Positions 46,285 to 55,804 of a stretch of DNA of 64,000 nucleotides are shown in pieces. Position 1 is the first letter of the stretch. Every line of letters starts with the position of its first letter. Both the position numbers and the translations under genes were made by a program. The stretch covers positions 3,504 to 67,503 of the forward strand of contig JAIOXK010000003.1 of the NCBI GenBank assembly GCA_021741645.1, given 5' to 3'. The notes below the pieces were generated by a model that saw only the letters and a program-made list of their open reading frames with translations, had not been told where the DNA came from and ran no database searches. This stretch comes from Candidatus Nanopelagicales bacterium (GTDB lineage: Bacteria; Actinomycetota; Actinomycetes; S36-B12).

Positions 46285-47432
46285 CTGCTCCTCTTGATGG
46301 CGTGATCGTCGTCGCCTTGGAGCAGGCGATCTCCGCCCCCTTCGCCACTCGGCAGCTCGCCGATCTCGGGGCGACGGTGATCAAGATCGAGCGGCCGGAG
46401 GGCGACTTCGCCCGGCACTACGACTCCGTTGTCCAAGGCGAGTCGGCCTTCTTCGTCTGGGCCAACCGGGGCAAGCAGTCGATCGCCCTGGACGTGAAGG
46501 AGCCTGAGGGCGCCGCTACTCTGATGAGCCTGATTGCCGGATGCGATGTCTTCCTGCACAACCTGTCACCTCGCGCAGCAACGTCACTGGGAATCGATGC
46601 CACTACGCTCCACGAGCGCTATCCGCATCTCATCGCTGCGGAGATCTCGGGCTACGGGCTCGACGGTCCCCGCACCGATGACAAGGCTTACGACCTCGCG
46701 ATTCAGGCGGAGGCAGGCGTCTTCTCGGTGACGGGCACCGGCGAGATGAGCAAGGTGGGCTTCTCCGTCGCCGACATCTGCTCCGGTATGTATGCGATGT
46801 CCGGCATCCTTGCCGCTCTCGTGCGCCGGGAGCGGACGGGAGAAGGTGCTGCCATCCACGTCTCCATGCTGGACAGCCTCGTGGAGTGGATGTCGGCTCC
46901 GCTCTACGGCGCGGTGTACGGGGGTGGACAGGGTCCGCGAGCAGGGCGTAGGCACCATGCCATCGCGCCCTACGGGACCTTCGAGCTGGCAGACGGGTCC
47001 GTGGTGCTCATCGCTGTGCAGAGTGACGGTGAATGGCGCAGCATGGCCGAGCACCTCATGGGCGACCCCGACCTCGGCGTGGACGAGCGCTTCGACACGA
47101 ATGCGCATCGGATCGCAGCGGTTGACGACCTGGAGGACGCGATCCGGACTCGCCTGGCCGCACTGAAGGCATCCGAGGCCCTGGCTCTTCTGGAGGAGGG
47201 CCGTATCGCCCACGCACGTGTGAATGACCTCGCGGGTGTTTGGCAGCACGAGCAGTTGCGGGCGCGTGGTCGTTTCGGTCCCGTGTCGACGCCCAGCGGT
47301 GATGTCGAACTGCTCGCGTCGCCCTTCGACATCTCAGGGCTGCCGGCTGCGCAGCAGCGCGTGCCGGCACTGGACGAGCATCAGGCCGAGGTGATCGAGG
47401 AGATCACTCGGCGTGGCCGCGAGCGTCAATAG
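46281..47432 (+). CDS. CaiB/BaiF family (class III) CoA-transferase
   Basis: LDGVIVVALEQAISAPFATRQLADLGATVIKIERPEGD is the family N-terminal signature. Confidence 0.85.
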   Translation: MTAPLDGVIVVALEQAISAPFATRQLADLGATVIKIERPEGDFARHYDSVVQGESAFFVWANRGKQSIALDVKEPEGAATLMSLIAGCDVFLHNLSPRAATSLGIDATTLHERYPHLIAAEISGYGLDGPRTDDKAYDLAIQAEAGVFSVTGTGEMSKVGFSVADICSGMYAMSGILAALVRRERTGEGAAIHVSMLDSLVEWMSAPLYGAVYGGGQGPRAGRRHHAIAPYGTFELADGSVVLIAVQSDGEWRSMAEHLMGDPDLGVDERFDTNAHRIAAVDDLEDAIRTRLAALKASEALALLEEGRIAHARVNDLAGVWQHEQLRARGRFGPVSTPSGDVELLASPFDISGLPAAQQRVPALDEHQAEVIEEITRRGRERQ

Positions 47433-48580
47433 GACTTGGGCAGGCCCAGGACATGCTGACCGAGATACGCGAGCACGAGATTGTTGTTGATGGGAGCCAC
47501 TTGGTACAGGCGCGTCTCGCGGAACTTGCGCTCGATGTCGTACTCGACCGCGAAGCCGAAGCCACCGTGCGCGTCGAGCGCCGCATTGGCTGCAGCCCAC
47601 GAGGCCTCGGACGCGAGGTACTTGGCCATGTTCGCCTCCGTGGCGCAGGCCTCGCCCGCATCGAACTTCGCGGCGGCCTCGAAGCGCACGAGGTTCGCGG
47701 CGCTCAACTGGGCGTACGCGCGGGCCAGCGGAAACTGCACTCCCTGGTTGGCGCCGATCGCCCTTCCGAACACCTCACGCCCGTTGGCGTAGGCGACAGC
47801 GCGATCCAGGACGAACCTGCCATCGCCGATGCACTCTGCGGCGATCAGGATTCGTTCGGCGTTCATCCCGTCGAGGATGTAGCGGAAGCCGTTGCCCTCC
47901 TCACCGATGAGGGCGTCGGCGGGAATGAGGACGTCGTCGAAGAAGACCTCGGTCGAGTTGTGGTTGATCATCGTCGGAATCGGCTTGATCGTCAGGCCGT
48001 GCAAGTCCCGCATGTCGAAGATGAAGACGGACAAGCCACCGGTCTTCTTCTCGACCTCGTCGTAGGGGGTTGTGCGGGCGAGAAGGATCATCAGATCGGA
48101 GTAGAGGGCGCGCGATGTCCAGATCTTCTGGCCGTTGATGCGCCAGCCCTCGGGCACTCGCTCCGCCTTGGTGCGGATGCGAGTCGTCTCGGATCCCGCC
48201 TCGGGTTCGGTGACGCCGAAGGCCTGGAGCCGCAGACTCCCGTCGGCGATGCCGGGGAGATAGCGCTGCTTCTGCTCCTCGCTGCCGTGCCGCAGGAGGG
48301 TCCCCATGATGTACATCTGGGCGTGACAGGCACTCGGGTTGCCACCGGAGGCGGAGATTTCCTCGAGGATGATCGACGCCTCCGTGATGGTGGCACCGCC
48401 GCCGCCGTATTCCTCCGGGACAAGGGCACCCAGGAAGCCCGCGTCGGTCAGGGCTCTCACGAACTCCTCGGGATAGCGATCCGGCTCAAGGGCGCGCCAG
48501 TAGGGGCCGTCGAACCGCTCGACCACCTCGCGTACGCCGCTGCGAAGATCGTCATAGTCGTTGCTCTGAAGAAGATCCAC
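47426..48580 (-). CDS. Acyl-CoA dehydrogenase
   Basis: 384-aa ACAD fold (TEPEAGSETT, catalytic-region GGFGFAVEYDIERKFRE). GTG start. Confidence 0.8.
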   Translation of the reverse strand: MDLLQSNDYDDLRSGVREVVERFDGPYWRALEPDRYPEEFVRALTDAGFLGALVPEEYGGGGATITEASIILEEISASGGNPSACHAQMYIMGTLLRHGSEEQKQRYLPGIADGSLRLQAFGVTEPEAGSETTRIRTKAERVPEGWRINGQKIWTSRALYSDLMILLARTTPYDEVEKKTGGLSVFIFDMRDLHGLTIKPIPTMINHNSTEVFFDDVLIPADALIGEEGNGFRYILDGMNAERILIAAECIGDGRFVLDRAVAYANGREVFGRAIGANQGVQFPLARAYAQLSAANLVRFEAAAKFDAGEACATEANMAKYLASEASWAAANAALDAHGGFGFAVEYDIERKFRETRLYQVAPINNNLVLAYLGQHVLGLPKSY

Positions 48581-48593
48581 AGGATGTTTGTAT

Positions 48594-48609
48594 CATTTAT
48601 CAAATCAAT
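48594..48609. promoter_or_regulatory. AT-rich box, copy 3 (CATTTATCAAATCAAT)
   Basis: Lies in the 44-bp divergent ACAD / ALDH region, inside TGTTTGTATCATTTATCAAATCAATGTG, the most AT-rich stretch nearby. Confidence 0.45.
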
Positions 48610-48624
48610 GTGCAGGAGAGATGC

Positions 48625-50109
48625 ATGACGAACCCGCCTCCGGACTGGCACGTACTGGCTGCCACTGTCGAGTACCCGACCGATCTGCTCATCGATGGAG
48701 GCTGGGTGCCGGGCGAGCATCGATCAGATGTCGTCAGCCCGATTGACGGTCGGGTGATCACCGATGTCGCGTATGCCGATGCTGCGTCCGTCGACCGGGC
48801 TGTCGCCTCGGCACGCCGAGCCTTCGAGGACCGTCGATGGTCGGGCATGGCGCCGGCCGATCGCAAGGATGTCCTCATCCGCTGGTCGCATCTGGTGAAC
48901 GAGCACGCTGAGCAACTCGCAGTCCTCACATCTCTGGAGATGGGGAAACCAGCCCGAGAGGCCCAGGCGATCGATGTGCGTGCCTGCCATCGCACACTGC
49001 GCTGGTACGGCGAAGCCATCGACAAGGTGCTGGACGAGATGCCCAGCGTCCCGGATTCCTCCTGGGCCTTGATCGAACGCGAGCCGGCCGGGGTGGTCGG
49101 CGCCATCACTCCGTGGAACTTCCCCCTGACGCTAGAGACCTGGAAGGTCGCCCCGGCGCTCGCGGTCGGCTGCTCGGTGGTGCTCAAGCCCGCAGAGCTA
49201 TCTCCGCTGACTGCGCTCTACGTTGCGCGACTCGGGCTCGAGGCCGGGCTCCCGGACGGCGTCCTCAATGTCGTCAACGGCAGTGGAGCGGTGGCGGGAG
49301 CGGCTCTGGCCGGGCACATGGATGTGGATGTGATCACCTTCACCGGGTCGACGGCGACCGGGCGAGCCATCATGGCCGCTGCTGCGCAGTCGAACATGAA
49401 GCGCCCCTATCTTGAGCTTGGCGGAAAGGGCGCGAACATCGTCTTCCCTGATGCCGATCTGGACAAAGCGGCAGCCGCCACGGCCTGGGCCGTGACCTAC
49501 AACGCCGGGCAGATGTGCACGGCTGGGTCGCGGCTCATCGTGCACGAGTCGATCAAGGACGAGGTCGTTGGCAAGGTTCTGGAGGCGATGGCGGCCTTGC
49601 AGCCGAACGACCCACTTCGCCATGACGCCCCCCTCGGTGCGATTGCCAGTGCACGCCAGCTCGAGACGATCCACAGCATCGTGACGGAGGGCCTGGCCGA
49701 GGGCGGACACCTCCTCATGGGCGGCGAGCCCGTACTCACCGAGTCAGGCGGCTCCTACTACCCGCCCACCGTTGTGGAGGGTCTCAATCCGCATTCGTTG
49801 CTGGCCCAGAAGGAGGTGTTCGGTCCAGTCCTGTCCGTGCTCACCTTCGCAACGGATGACGAGGCCATCGCCATCGGCAACGCGACTCCCTACGGCCTTG
49901 CCTCCGCGATATGGACGAACGACCTCAACCGGGCTCGTCGGGCATCCAAGGGATTGCGCATGGGGACGGTATGGGTCAACTGCTTCGAGGAGGGGGATCT
50001 CACGGTGCCTTTCGGCGGCGTCAAGCAGTCCGGCTTCGGAAGCGACAAGTCACTCCACGCCCTCGAGAAGTTCACCAATCTCAAGACGACCTGGATCGAA
50101 CTGTCATGA
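48625..50109 (+). CDS. Aldehyde dehydrogenase
   Basis: ALDH motifs (LELGGKGANIVF, CTAGSRL, EVFGPVL). ATG 48625 follows AGGAGA. The track start is 48610. Confidence 0.85.
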   Translation: MTNPPPDWHVLAATVEYPTDLLIDGGWVPGEHRSDVVSPIDGRVITDVAYADAASVDRAVASARRAFEDRRWSGMAPADRKDVLIRWSHLVNEHAEQLAVLTSLEMGKPAREAQAIDVRACHRTLRWYGEAIDKVLDEMPSVPDSSWALIEREPAGVVGAITPWNFPLTLETWKVAPALAVGCSVVLKPAELSPLTALYVARLGLEAGLPDGVLNVVNGSGAVAGAALAGHMDVDVITFTGSTATGRAIMAAAAQSNMKRPYLELGGKGANIVFPDADLDKAAAATAWAVTYNAGQMCTAGSRLIVHESIKDEVVGKVLEAMAALQPNDPLRHDAPLGAIASARQLETIHSIVTEGLAEGGHLLMGGEPVLTESGGSYYPPTVVEGLNPHSLLAQKEVFGPVLSVLTFATDDEAIAIGNATPYGLASAIWTNDLNRARRASKGLRMGTVWVNCFEEGDLTVPFGGVKQSGFGSDKSLHALEKFTNLKTTWIELS

Positions 50110-50783
50110 GCAGCATCGGACGCGAAACACGCCCGAAGCGGCGAGCGAACCTCGCCGAGGAGGTAGCGACCCACCTGCGGAAGGAGATCCTGTCAGGACG
50201 CCTGCGACCGGGGGTCCGGATCGATCAGGACGGTGTTGCGGACGAGCTCGGAGTCAGCCGCCTGCCAGTCCGCGAGGCGCTCATCTCTCTTGACAGAGAA
50301 GGGCTTGTCCAGACGATCCCGCGCAAGGGCACCTATGTCTCCCGTGTCGATCGCACCGACATCATGGATCACTACCTCATCTTCGGACAGGTTGCCGGAC
50401 TCGCTGCCGCGCGGGCCGTGTCACGACTCGATGACGACGAACTTGCCAATCTGGTCGACCTTCACGACCGGATGCTCGCGGCAGCGAGCCTGAGCGAGCA
50501 GCAGCAGTTGAACCACGAATTCCACCGGAGCATCAACTATGCGGCAGGCAGTCAGCGCATGACGAGCATGCTGCAATTGCTCTCGCGATCCCTGCCCATG
50601 CCCTATCAGGACTTCCCGGCAGAGTGGCTGGACGAGGCCAACCGCCAGCACCGGGAGATCGTCGAGGCTTTCAAGGACCGCGACACCCTGGCCGCTCAAC
50701 GAGCCATGGAACAGCACATCAACGCAAGTGCACGACACGCCATCGAGGTGCTGGAGCGCCTCGACTTCTTTGAGGATGAGTGA
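50106..50783 (+). CDS. GntR family transcriptional regulator (FadR/FCD subfamily)
   Basis: wHTH VADELGVSRLPVREALISLDREGLV plus a helical C-terminal FCD-like domain. ATGA overlap with the upstream ALDH. The track ORF (49911) includes an out-of-gene extension. Confidence 0.85.
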   Translation: MSSIGRETRPKRRANLAEEVATHLRKEILSGRLRPGVRIDQDGVADELGVSRLPVREALISLDREGLVQTIPRKGTYVSRVDRTDIMDHYLIFGQVAGLAAARAVSRLDDDELANLVDLHDRMLAAASLSEQQQLNHEFHRSINYAAGSQRMTSMLQLLSRSLPMPYQDFPAEWLDEANRQHREIVEAFKDRDTLAAQRAMEQHINASARHAIEVLERLDFFEDE

Positions 50784-52255
50784 TGGACCAACACCTGCAC
50801 TGGATCGATGGCGCTCGCACTGCTCCCCTCACGGGAGAGTTCTTGCCGACCTTGGATCCCATGACTGGTGAGCCTTGGGCTCTGATCGCGCGAGGGTCCG
50901 CAGCCGACATAGAGGTCGCTGCTGAGTCGGCGCACCGGGCCTTCGCTTCATGGCGTGCCGTCGGGCCCACTCGTCGTGCTGAAATCATCTGGCGGTTGGG
51001 GGACCTGATCGCTGAGCACGCCGATGAGCTTGCAGCGCTGGAGGCGCGCGACGCGGGAAAGGTGGTGCGTGAAGTTAAGGGCCAGATGCTGTCAATGCGT
51101 GCTTGGTATCACTACTACGCCTCATTGGCGTATCAGACTGAAGGTCGAAGCATTCCCCAGGACAGAGCGAGTCTGACCGTGTTCACGCAGCGGATTCCCT
51201 TTGGCGTGGTTGGTGTCATCCCGGCCTTCAACTCCCCGATGCTGCTGGGCGGCATGGGACTGGCACCGGCTCTTGCCGCTGGCAACACGGTGGTCGTCAA
51301 GCCCCCAGAGGTGAACTCGCTGTCACTGCTGCGCCTGGGTGAGCTCGCACAGCAGGCAGGACTCCCAGACGGGTGCCTGAACGTGGTCTCGGGCTACGGT
51401 CATGAGGCGGGCGATGCGTTGGTGGCACACCCGTCTGTCCGAAAGATCTGGTTCACCGGTGGCCCGGACAGTGCACGTTTCGTCGCGGCTCGCGCTGCTG
51501 AGAACCTGAAGCCACTGGTGCTGGAGTTGGGTGGCAAAAGCGCGAACATCTTCTTCGACGACGTACGGGTCGACGATGTGGTCAACGGCGTGATCGCTGG
51601 CATCTTTGCCGCGGCAGGCCAGACATGCGTGGCGGGATCGCGACTTCTGGTTCAGGAGGGTGTTGCGGATGAACTGGTGGCGCGCATTGCTGAGCGCGCT
51701 GGGAGTATCCGGCTCGGGGATCCGGTCGCCGAGGAAACCGATATGGGCCCCATCTCTCAGGAGAAGATCCTCGATGGTGTTCAGAGCCGGGTGCTGGAGG
51801 CAATAGCCGAGGGCGCAAATCTTGTCTGTGGCGGTGACGACGCGGATCGTCCTGACCATGGCTGGTTCTACGCCCCTACCGTTCTCGACAATGTCACGAA
51901 CGACATGTCCGTCGCCCGCAATGAGCTCTTTGGCCCTGTGCTCTCTGTTATTCGGTTCTCGACGGAGGAGGAGGCTGTAGCCATCGCCAACGACTCGCCG
52001 TTTGCACTTGCGGCGGGGGTCTGGACTCGCGACCTCGGTCGGGCGCACAGAATGGCAGGGCGATTGGACACGGGGACGGTTTGGGTGAACATGTACCGAG
52101 CTCTTCAGTTTGCTACTCCATTCGGAGGCAACAAGCTCTCCGGATACGGGCGCGAGAACGGCATGGATGGGTTCGCTGAATTCACTCAGCCCAAGGGTGT
52201 GTGGGTGGAGTCAAGCGACGACCCTGTCGGAGACCCTTTCGTGCTTCGGGCCTGA
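50780..52255 (+). CDS. Aldehyde dehydrogenase
   Basis: ALDH motifs (LELGGKSANIFF, CVAGSRLL, ELFGPVL). GTGA-type overlap with the GntR gene. Confidence 0.85.
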   Translation: MMDQHLHWIDGARTAPLTGEFLPTLDPMTGEPWALIARGSAADIEVAAESAHRAFASWRAVGPTRRAEIIWRLGDLIAEHADELAALEARDAGKVVREVKGQMLSMRAWYHYYASLAYQTEGRSIPQDRASLTVFTQRIPFGVVGVIPAFNSPMLLGGMGLAPALAAGNTVVVKPPEVNSLSLLRLGELAQQAGLPDGCLNVVSGYGHEAGDALVAHPSVRKIWFTGGPDSARFVAARAAENLKPLVLELGGKSANIFFDDVRVDDVVNGVIAGIFAAAGQTCVAGSRLLVQEGVADELVARIAERAGSIRLGDPVAEETDMGPISQEKILDGVQSRVLEAIAEGANLVCGGDDADRPDHGWFYAPTVLDNVTNDMSVARNELFGPVLSVIRFSTEEEAVAIANDSPFALAAGVWTRDLGRAHRMAGRLDTGTVWVNMYRALQFATPFGGNKLSGYGRENGMDGFAEFTQPKGVWVESSDDPVGDPFVLRA

Positions 52256-52276
52256 CTGGGTAGCGAACCGGGCTGG

Positions 52277-53239
52277 TCATTGGCGGTAGCGCTCGGCGAG
52301 GTAGACGCCCACCAGCACCACCAACGCACCAACGACCTGCACGGGGGCGAGGATCTCACCGAGGGCTACCCACGCAATGAACGTCGCGAGCAGCGGTTCG
52401 GTCATCCCGATGACCGATGCCCTGGACGCACGGATGTGGTGCAGCGACATGACGATCAGCCAGAACGGGACGACGGTGCCCAGAACCACCATGGACGTGA
52501 CCAGCATCCAGATCGGTACTCCTGATGAGTCCGCGCCCAGCGGGTAGCCCGTTCCTGCGAGCTCACCCCAGGGGAACAGCCACCACGGCTTGACGATCAC
52601 CCAGAACAAGGTGGCCGCGCCGAATCCCCACATCGTCATGGAGACGGCGTCGCGGGGCTCTGGCCTGCGCACCTGCGCATCGCCGAGCAGGAAGAAGATC
52701 GCGAGCGCGGCCGCAGCGCCGAAGGCGGCAGTGACTCCCATCGGGTCGAGCGTGAACCCCTTCCAGACCTCGGCCACCATGGCGAGGCCGGCGAGAGCGA
52801 CGAAGAGGCCCAACCACACGATCCGGGGGGTCGGATGACGCAAGCCGAAGTGGAACCAGAGCGCCACCATGATGGGAGCGGTGAACTCGATGAGCAGCGC
52901 GATGCCGACCGGGAGGGTCTCCAAGGCGAGGAAGTACAGGTACTGCGTCATGGCGACGCCGAGGACGCCGTAGGCGAGGAGGATCCCGATCTCGTCCCGC
53001 CGGATGCGCAGGGATCGCGGTCGAGTGATCGCGACGAAGGCGAAGAGGATCAAAAATGCAAGGGTGACGCGAAGCTGTGACAGGTAGGTCGAATCGATGC
53101 CCGTCAGGAGAAGGGCCTTGGAGACCGTCCCGTTGATCGCGAAGAGGGTTGCGGCAAGCAGGTAGAGCGCGTAGCCGAGAAGCGGTCGTGTGGAACGGAC
53201 TTGCGCGATGCCGGGAATCGGCTCGGCAACGTCACTCAT
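52277..53239 (-). CDS. EamA/DMT family transporter
   Basis: 10 predicted TM helices in two repeats, 320 aa. Confidence 0.75.
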   Translation of the reverse strand: MSDVAEPIPGIAQVRSTRPLLGYALYLLAATLFAINGTVSKALLLTGIDSTYLSQLRVTLAFLILFAFVAITRPRSLRIRRDEIGILLAYGVLGVAMTQYLYFLALETLPVGIALLIEFTAPIMVALWFHFGLRHPTPRIVWLGLFVALAGLAMVAEVWKGFTLDPMGVTAAFGAAAALAIFFLLGDAQVRRPEPRDAVSMTMWGFGAATLFWVIVKPWWLFPWGELAGTGYPLGADSSGVPIWMLVTSMVVLGTVVPFWLIVMSLHHIRASRASVIGMTEPLLATFIAWVALGEILAPVQVVGALVVLVGVYLAERYRQ

Positions 53240-54393
53240 GTACGTATCGCCGCGTCGTAGACGGCGATCGTCTGGTCAGCGATGGTGTCCCAGCTGAAGT
53301 TGCTCACTGCGCGTGCCCGACCTGCGGCGCCCATGGCGCGTGCCCGCGGCTCGTCGGCGGCGAGGGTGTTGATGGCGTCGGCGAAGGCATGCTCGAATGC
53401 GCGTGGTTCATCGACGTCGTAGGGAACGAGAAGTCCGGTCTCCCCATCGACGACGACCTCGGGGATGCCGCCGACGGCTGATGCCACGACGGCTGTCTCG
53501 CAGGCCATGGCCTCGAGATTGACGATGCCCAGGGGCTCGTAGATGGAGGGGCAGGCGAACGCCAGGGCATGCGTGAACAGCTGGATGAGGCGGGTGCGGT
53601 CCACCTGCTCCTGAATCCAGACCACAGAGTCCTCGCCGCGCTCCTGGCGGAGTTGGTTCACGGCCGTCGCGGTCTCCACGCCCATCTCAGGGGTGTCGGG
53701 CGACGATGCGCAGAGGACGAGCTGTACGCCTTCGTCGAAACGGCGGGCCGCCTGGATGAGATGGAGGATGCCCTTCTGTCGCGTGATGCGACCGACGAAG
53801 AGTACGTAGGGCCGAGAGATGCCCAGCTGAACCAGCACCGTCTCGTCGTAATCGGGGACGTAGACCGTCGTGTCGATCCCGTTGTGGACGACATCGACGC
53901 GATCTGGGTCGACCTCGGGGTACGCATGAAGCACATCGGCGCGCATTCCATGGCTCACCGCGATGATGCGGTCCGCCGCCTCGTAGGCCGTGCGTTCGAC
54001 CCAGGACGAGACGCGGTAGCCACCACCGAGCTGCTCCTCCTTCCAGGGACGGAGCGGCTCGAGGGAGTGCGCCGTCAGCACATGAGGAACGCCGTGCAGC
54101 AGGCCTCCGATGTGGCCACCGAGGTTCGTGTACCACGTGTGCGAGTGGAGTAGGTCCACTCCATCGGTCGCCTCCACCATCTCGAGGTCGACGCCAAGAG
54201 TCTGGATCGCGGCATTGGCTCTCCGGAGGGACGGCGGGACCTGGTGCGCGTCGGCATCGGTCCGTCGCTCTCCGAAACAGTGGACATCGACATCGATGCG
54301 CTTGCGCAGCTCGGCCACAAGATGCTCGACATGGACGCCCGCACCCCCGTAGGTGTCTGGCGGCCACTCCTTGGTCAGCATCCCTATCCGCAC
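53236..54393 (-). CDS. glgA: Actinobacterial GT4 glycogen synthase (GlgA; GlgM-type maltose-1-phosphate synthase in mycobacteria)
   Basis: MRIGMLTKEWPPDTYGGAGVHVEHLVAELR matches the actinobacterial GlgA N-terminus (recalled). Divergent from glgC, as in mycobacteria. Confidence 0.85.
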   Translation of the reverse strand: MRIGMLTKEWPPDTYGGAGVHVEHLVAELRKRIDVDVHCFGERRTDADAHQVPPSLRRANAAIQTLGVDLEMVEATDGVDLLHSHTWYTNLGGHIGGLLHGVPHVLTAHSLEPLRPWKEEQLGGGYRVSSWVERTAYEAADRIIAVSHGMRADVLHAYPEVDPDRVDVVHNGIDTTVYVPDYDETVLVQLGISRPYVLFVGRITRQKGILHLIQAARRFDEGVQLVLCASSPDTPEMGVETATAVNQLRQERGEDSVVWIQEQVDRTRLIQLFTHALAFACPSIYEPLGIVNLEAMACETAVVASAVGGIPEVVVDGETGLLVPYDVDEPRAFEHAFADAINTLAADEPRARAMGAAGRARAVSNFSWDTIADQTIAVYDAAIRT

Positions 54394-54461
54394 GTGAGAA
54401 CCCTAGGGGTGTTCACCTCAAGGTCGCATCTGCGCCCCGCATAGGGGCTAGTGTTTAAGGC

Positions 54462-55685
54462 GTGAGCACCGACCCGCATGTGCTGTCGATGGTCCTCGCC
54501 GGGGGAGAAGGAAAGCGCCTGATGCCCCTGACGGCGGACCGCGCCAAGCCGGCCGTCCCGTTCGGTGGCTCCTATCGACTCGTCGACTTCGTGCTCTCCA
54601 ATCTGATCAACGCCGGCCTTCGTCGCGTGTGTGTTCTGACGCAGTACAAGTCGCACAGTCTTGACCGTCACATCACGCAGACGTGGCGGATGCCGACCCT
54701 GCTCGGTGACTACGTGACTCCAGTTCCGGCCCAGCAGAGGCTGGGCCCCCGCTGGTACACGGGGTCGGCGGACGCGATCTTCCAGAGCCTCAACCTCGTG
54801 TACGACGAGGAGCCCGAGTACGTCGTCGTCTTCGGAGCCGATCACGTGTACCGCATGGACCCCATGCAGATGATCCGCGCGCACATCGAGAACGGTGCCG
54901 GTGTGACGGTGGCGGGCATCCGTATGCCCAAGGCGGTGTCGCACCAGTTCGGGGTCATCCAGACGGCCGCGGATGGACTGCACATCTCGCAGTTCCTGGA
55001 GAAGCCCAGCGATCCGCCGACGATTCCTGGCGACGACGACAACTGCTACGTGTCTATGGGCAACTACGTGTTCTCGACGGACGTGCTGCTGGAGGCGCTC
55101 AAGGCTGACGCATCGGATCCGTCATCGGTCCACGACATGGGCGGCAACATCCTCCCGATGCTCACGGCGCAGGGGGCAGCGCAGGTCTATGACTTCGCGA
55201 CCAACATCGTGCCGGGAGCGACGGAGCGCGACCGCGGATACTGGCGCGACGTCGGCACGCTGGACAGCTACCACGATGCGCACATGGATCTGGTTTCCGT
55301 GCACCCCATCTTCAATCTGTACAACCGCCGTTGGCCGATCCTGTCCAACCTGCCTCCGATGCCGCCTGCGAAATTCGTGGAGGGCGGAAATGCGCACGAG
55401 TCCATGGTGGGAGCAGGCACGATCGTGTCGGGTGCGCATGTGCGCACGTCGGTGCTCGCTTCGGGAGTGAATGTGGAGGCCGGGGCATACGTCGAGGGCA
55501 GCGTCGTCATGCCGGGTGTGCGGATTGGCCGGAATGCCGTAGTGCGTCGGGCGATCCTCGACAAGAACGTCGAGATTCCCGACGGGGCGCAGATTGGCGT
55601 TGATCTTGACCGAGATCGCGAGCTGTACACGGTGAGTGACAGCGGCGTCGTCGTCCTCGGCAAGGGTGTCACCGCCGAGCTCTAA
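54462..55685 (+). CDS. glgC: Glucose-1-phosphate adenylyltransferase
   Basis: [37 protein letters not shown], then a C-terminal left-handed beta-helix. GTG start. Confidence 0.9.
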   Translation: MSTDPHVLSMVLAGGEGKRLMPLTADRAKPAVPFGGSYRLVDFVLSNLINAGLRRVCVLTQYKSHSLDRHITQTWRMPTLLGDYVTPVPAQQRLGPRWYTGSADAIFQSLNLVYDEEPEYVVVFGADHVYRMDPMQMIRAHIENGAGVTVAGIRMPKAVSHQFGVIQTAADGLHISQFLEKPSDPPTIPGDDDNCYVSMGNYVFSTDVLLEALKADASDPSSVHDMGGNILPMLTAQGAAQVYDFATNIVPGATERDRGYWRDVGTLDSYHDAHMDLVSVHPIFNLYNRRWPILSNLPPMPPAKFVEGGNAHESMVGAGTIVSGAHVRTSVLASGVNVEAGAYVEGSVVMPGVRIGRNAVVRRAILDKNVEIPDGAQIGVDLDRDRELYTVSDSGVVVLGKGVTAEL

Positions 55686-55691
55686 CCCCCC

Positions 55692-55796
55692 GCGAGCGGT
55701 GGATCTGCGCGCGAGCGGTGGATCTGCGCGCGAACGGTGGATCTGCGCGCGAACGGTGGATCTGCGCGCGAACGGTGGATCTGCGCGCGAACGGTG
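55692..55796. repeat. Tandem array, 19-bp unit GCGA(G/A)CGGTGGATCTGCGC, 5 full copies plus a 10-bp partial
   Basis: Counted directly. Units start at 55692, 55711, 55730, 55749, 55768 and 55787 (partial). The array starts 6 nt after the glgC stop. Confidence 0.95.
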
Positions 55797-55804
55797 TCAG
55801 TCCG

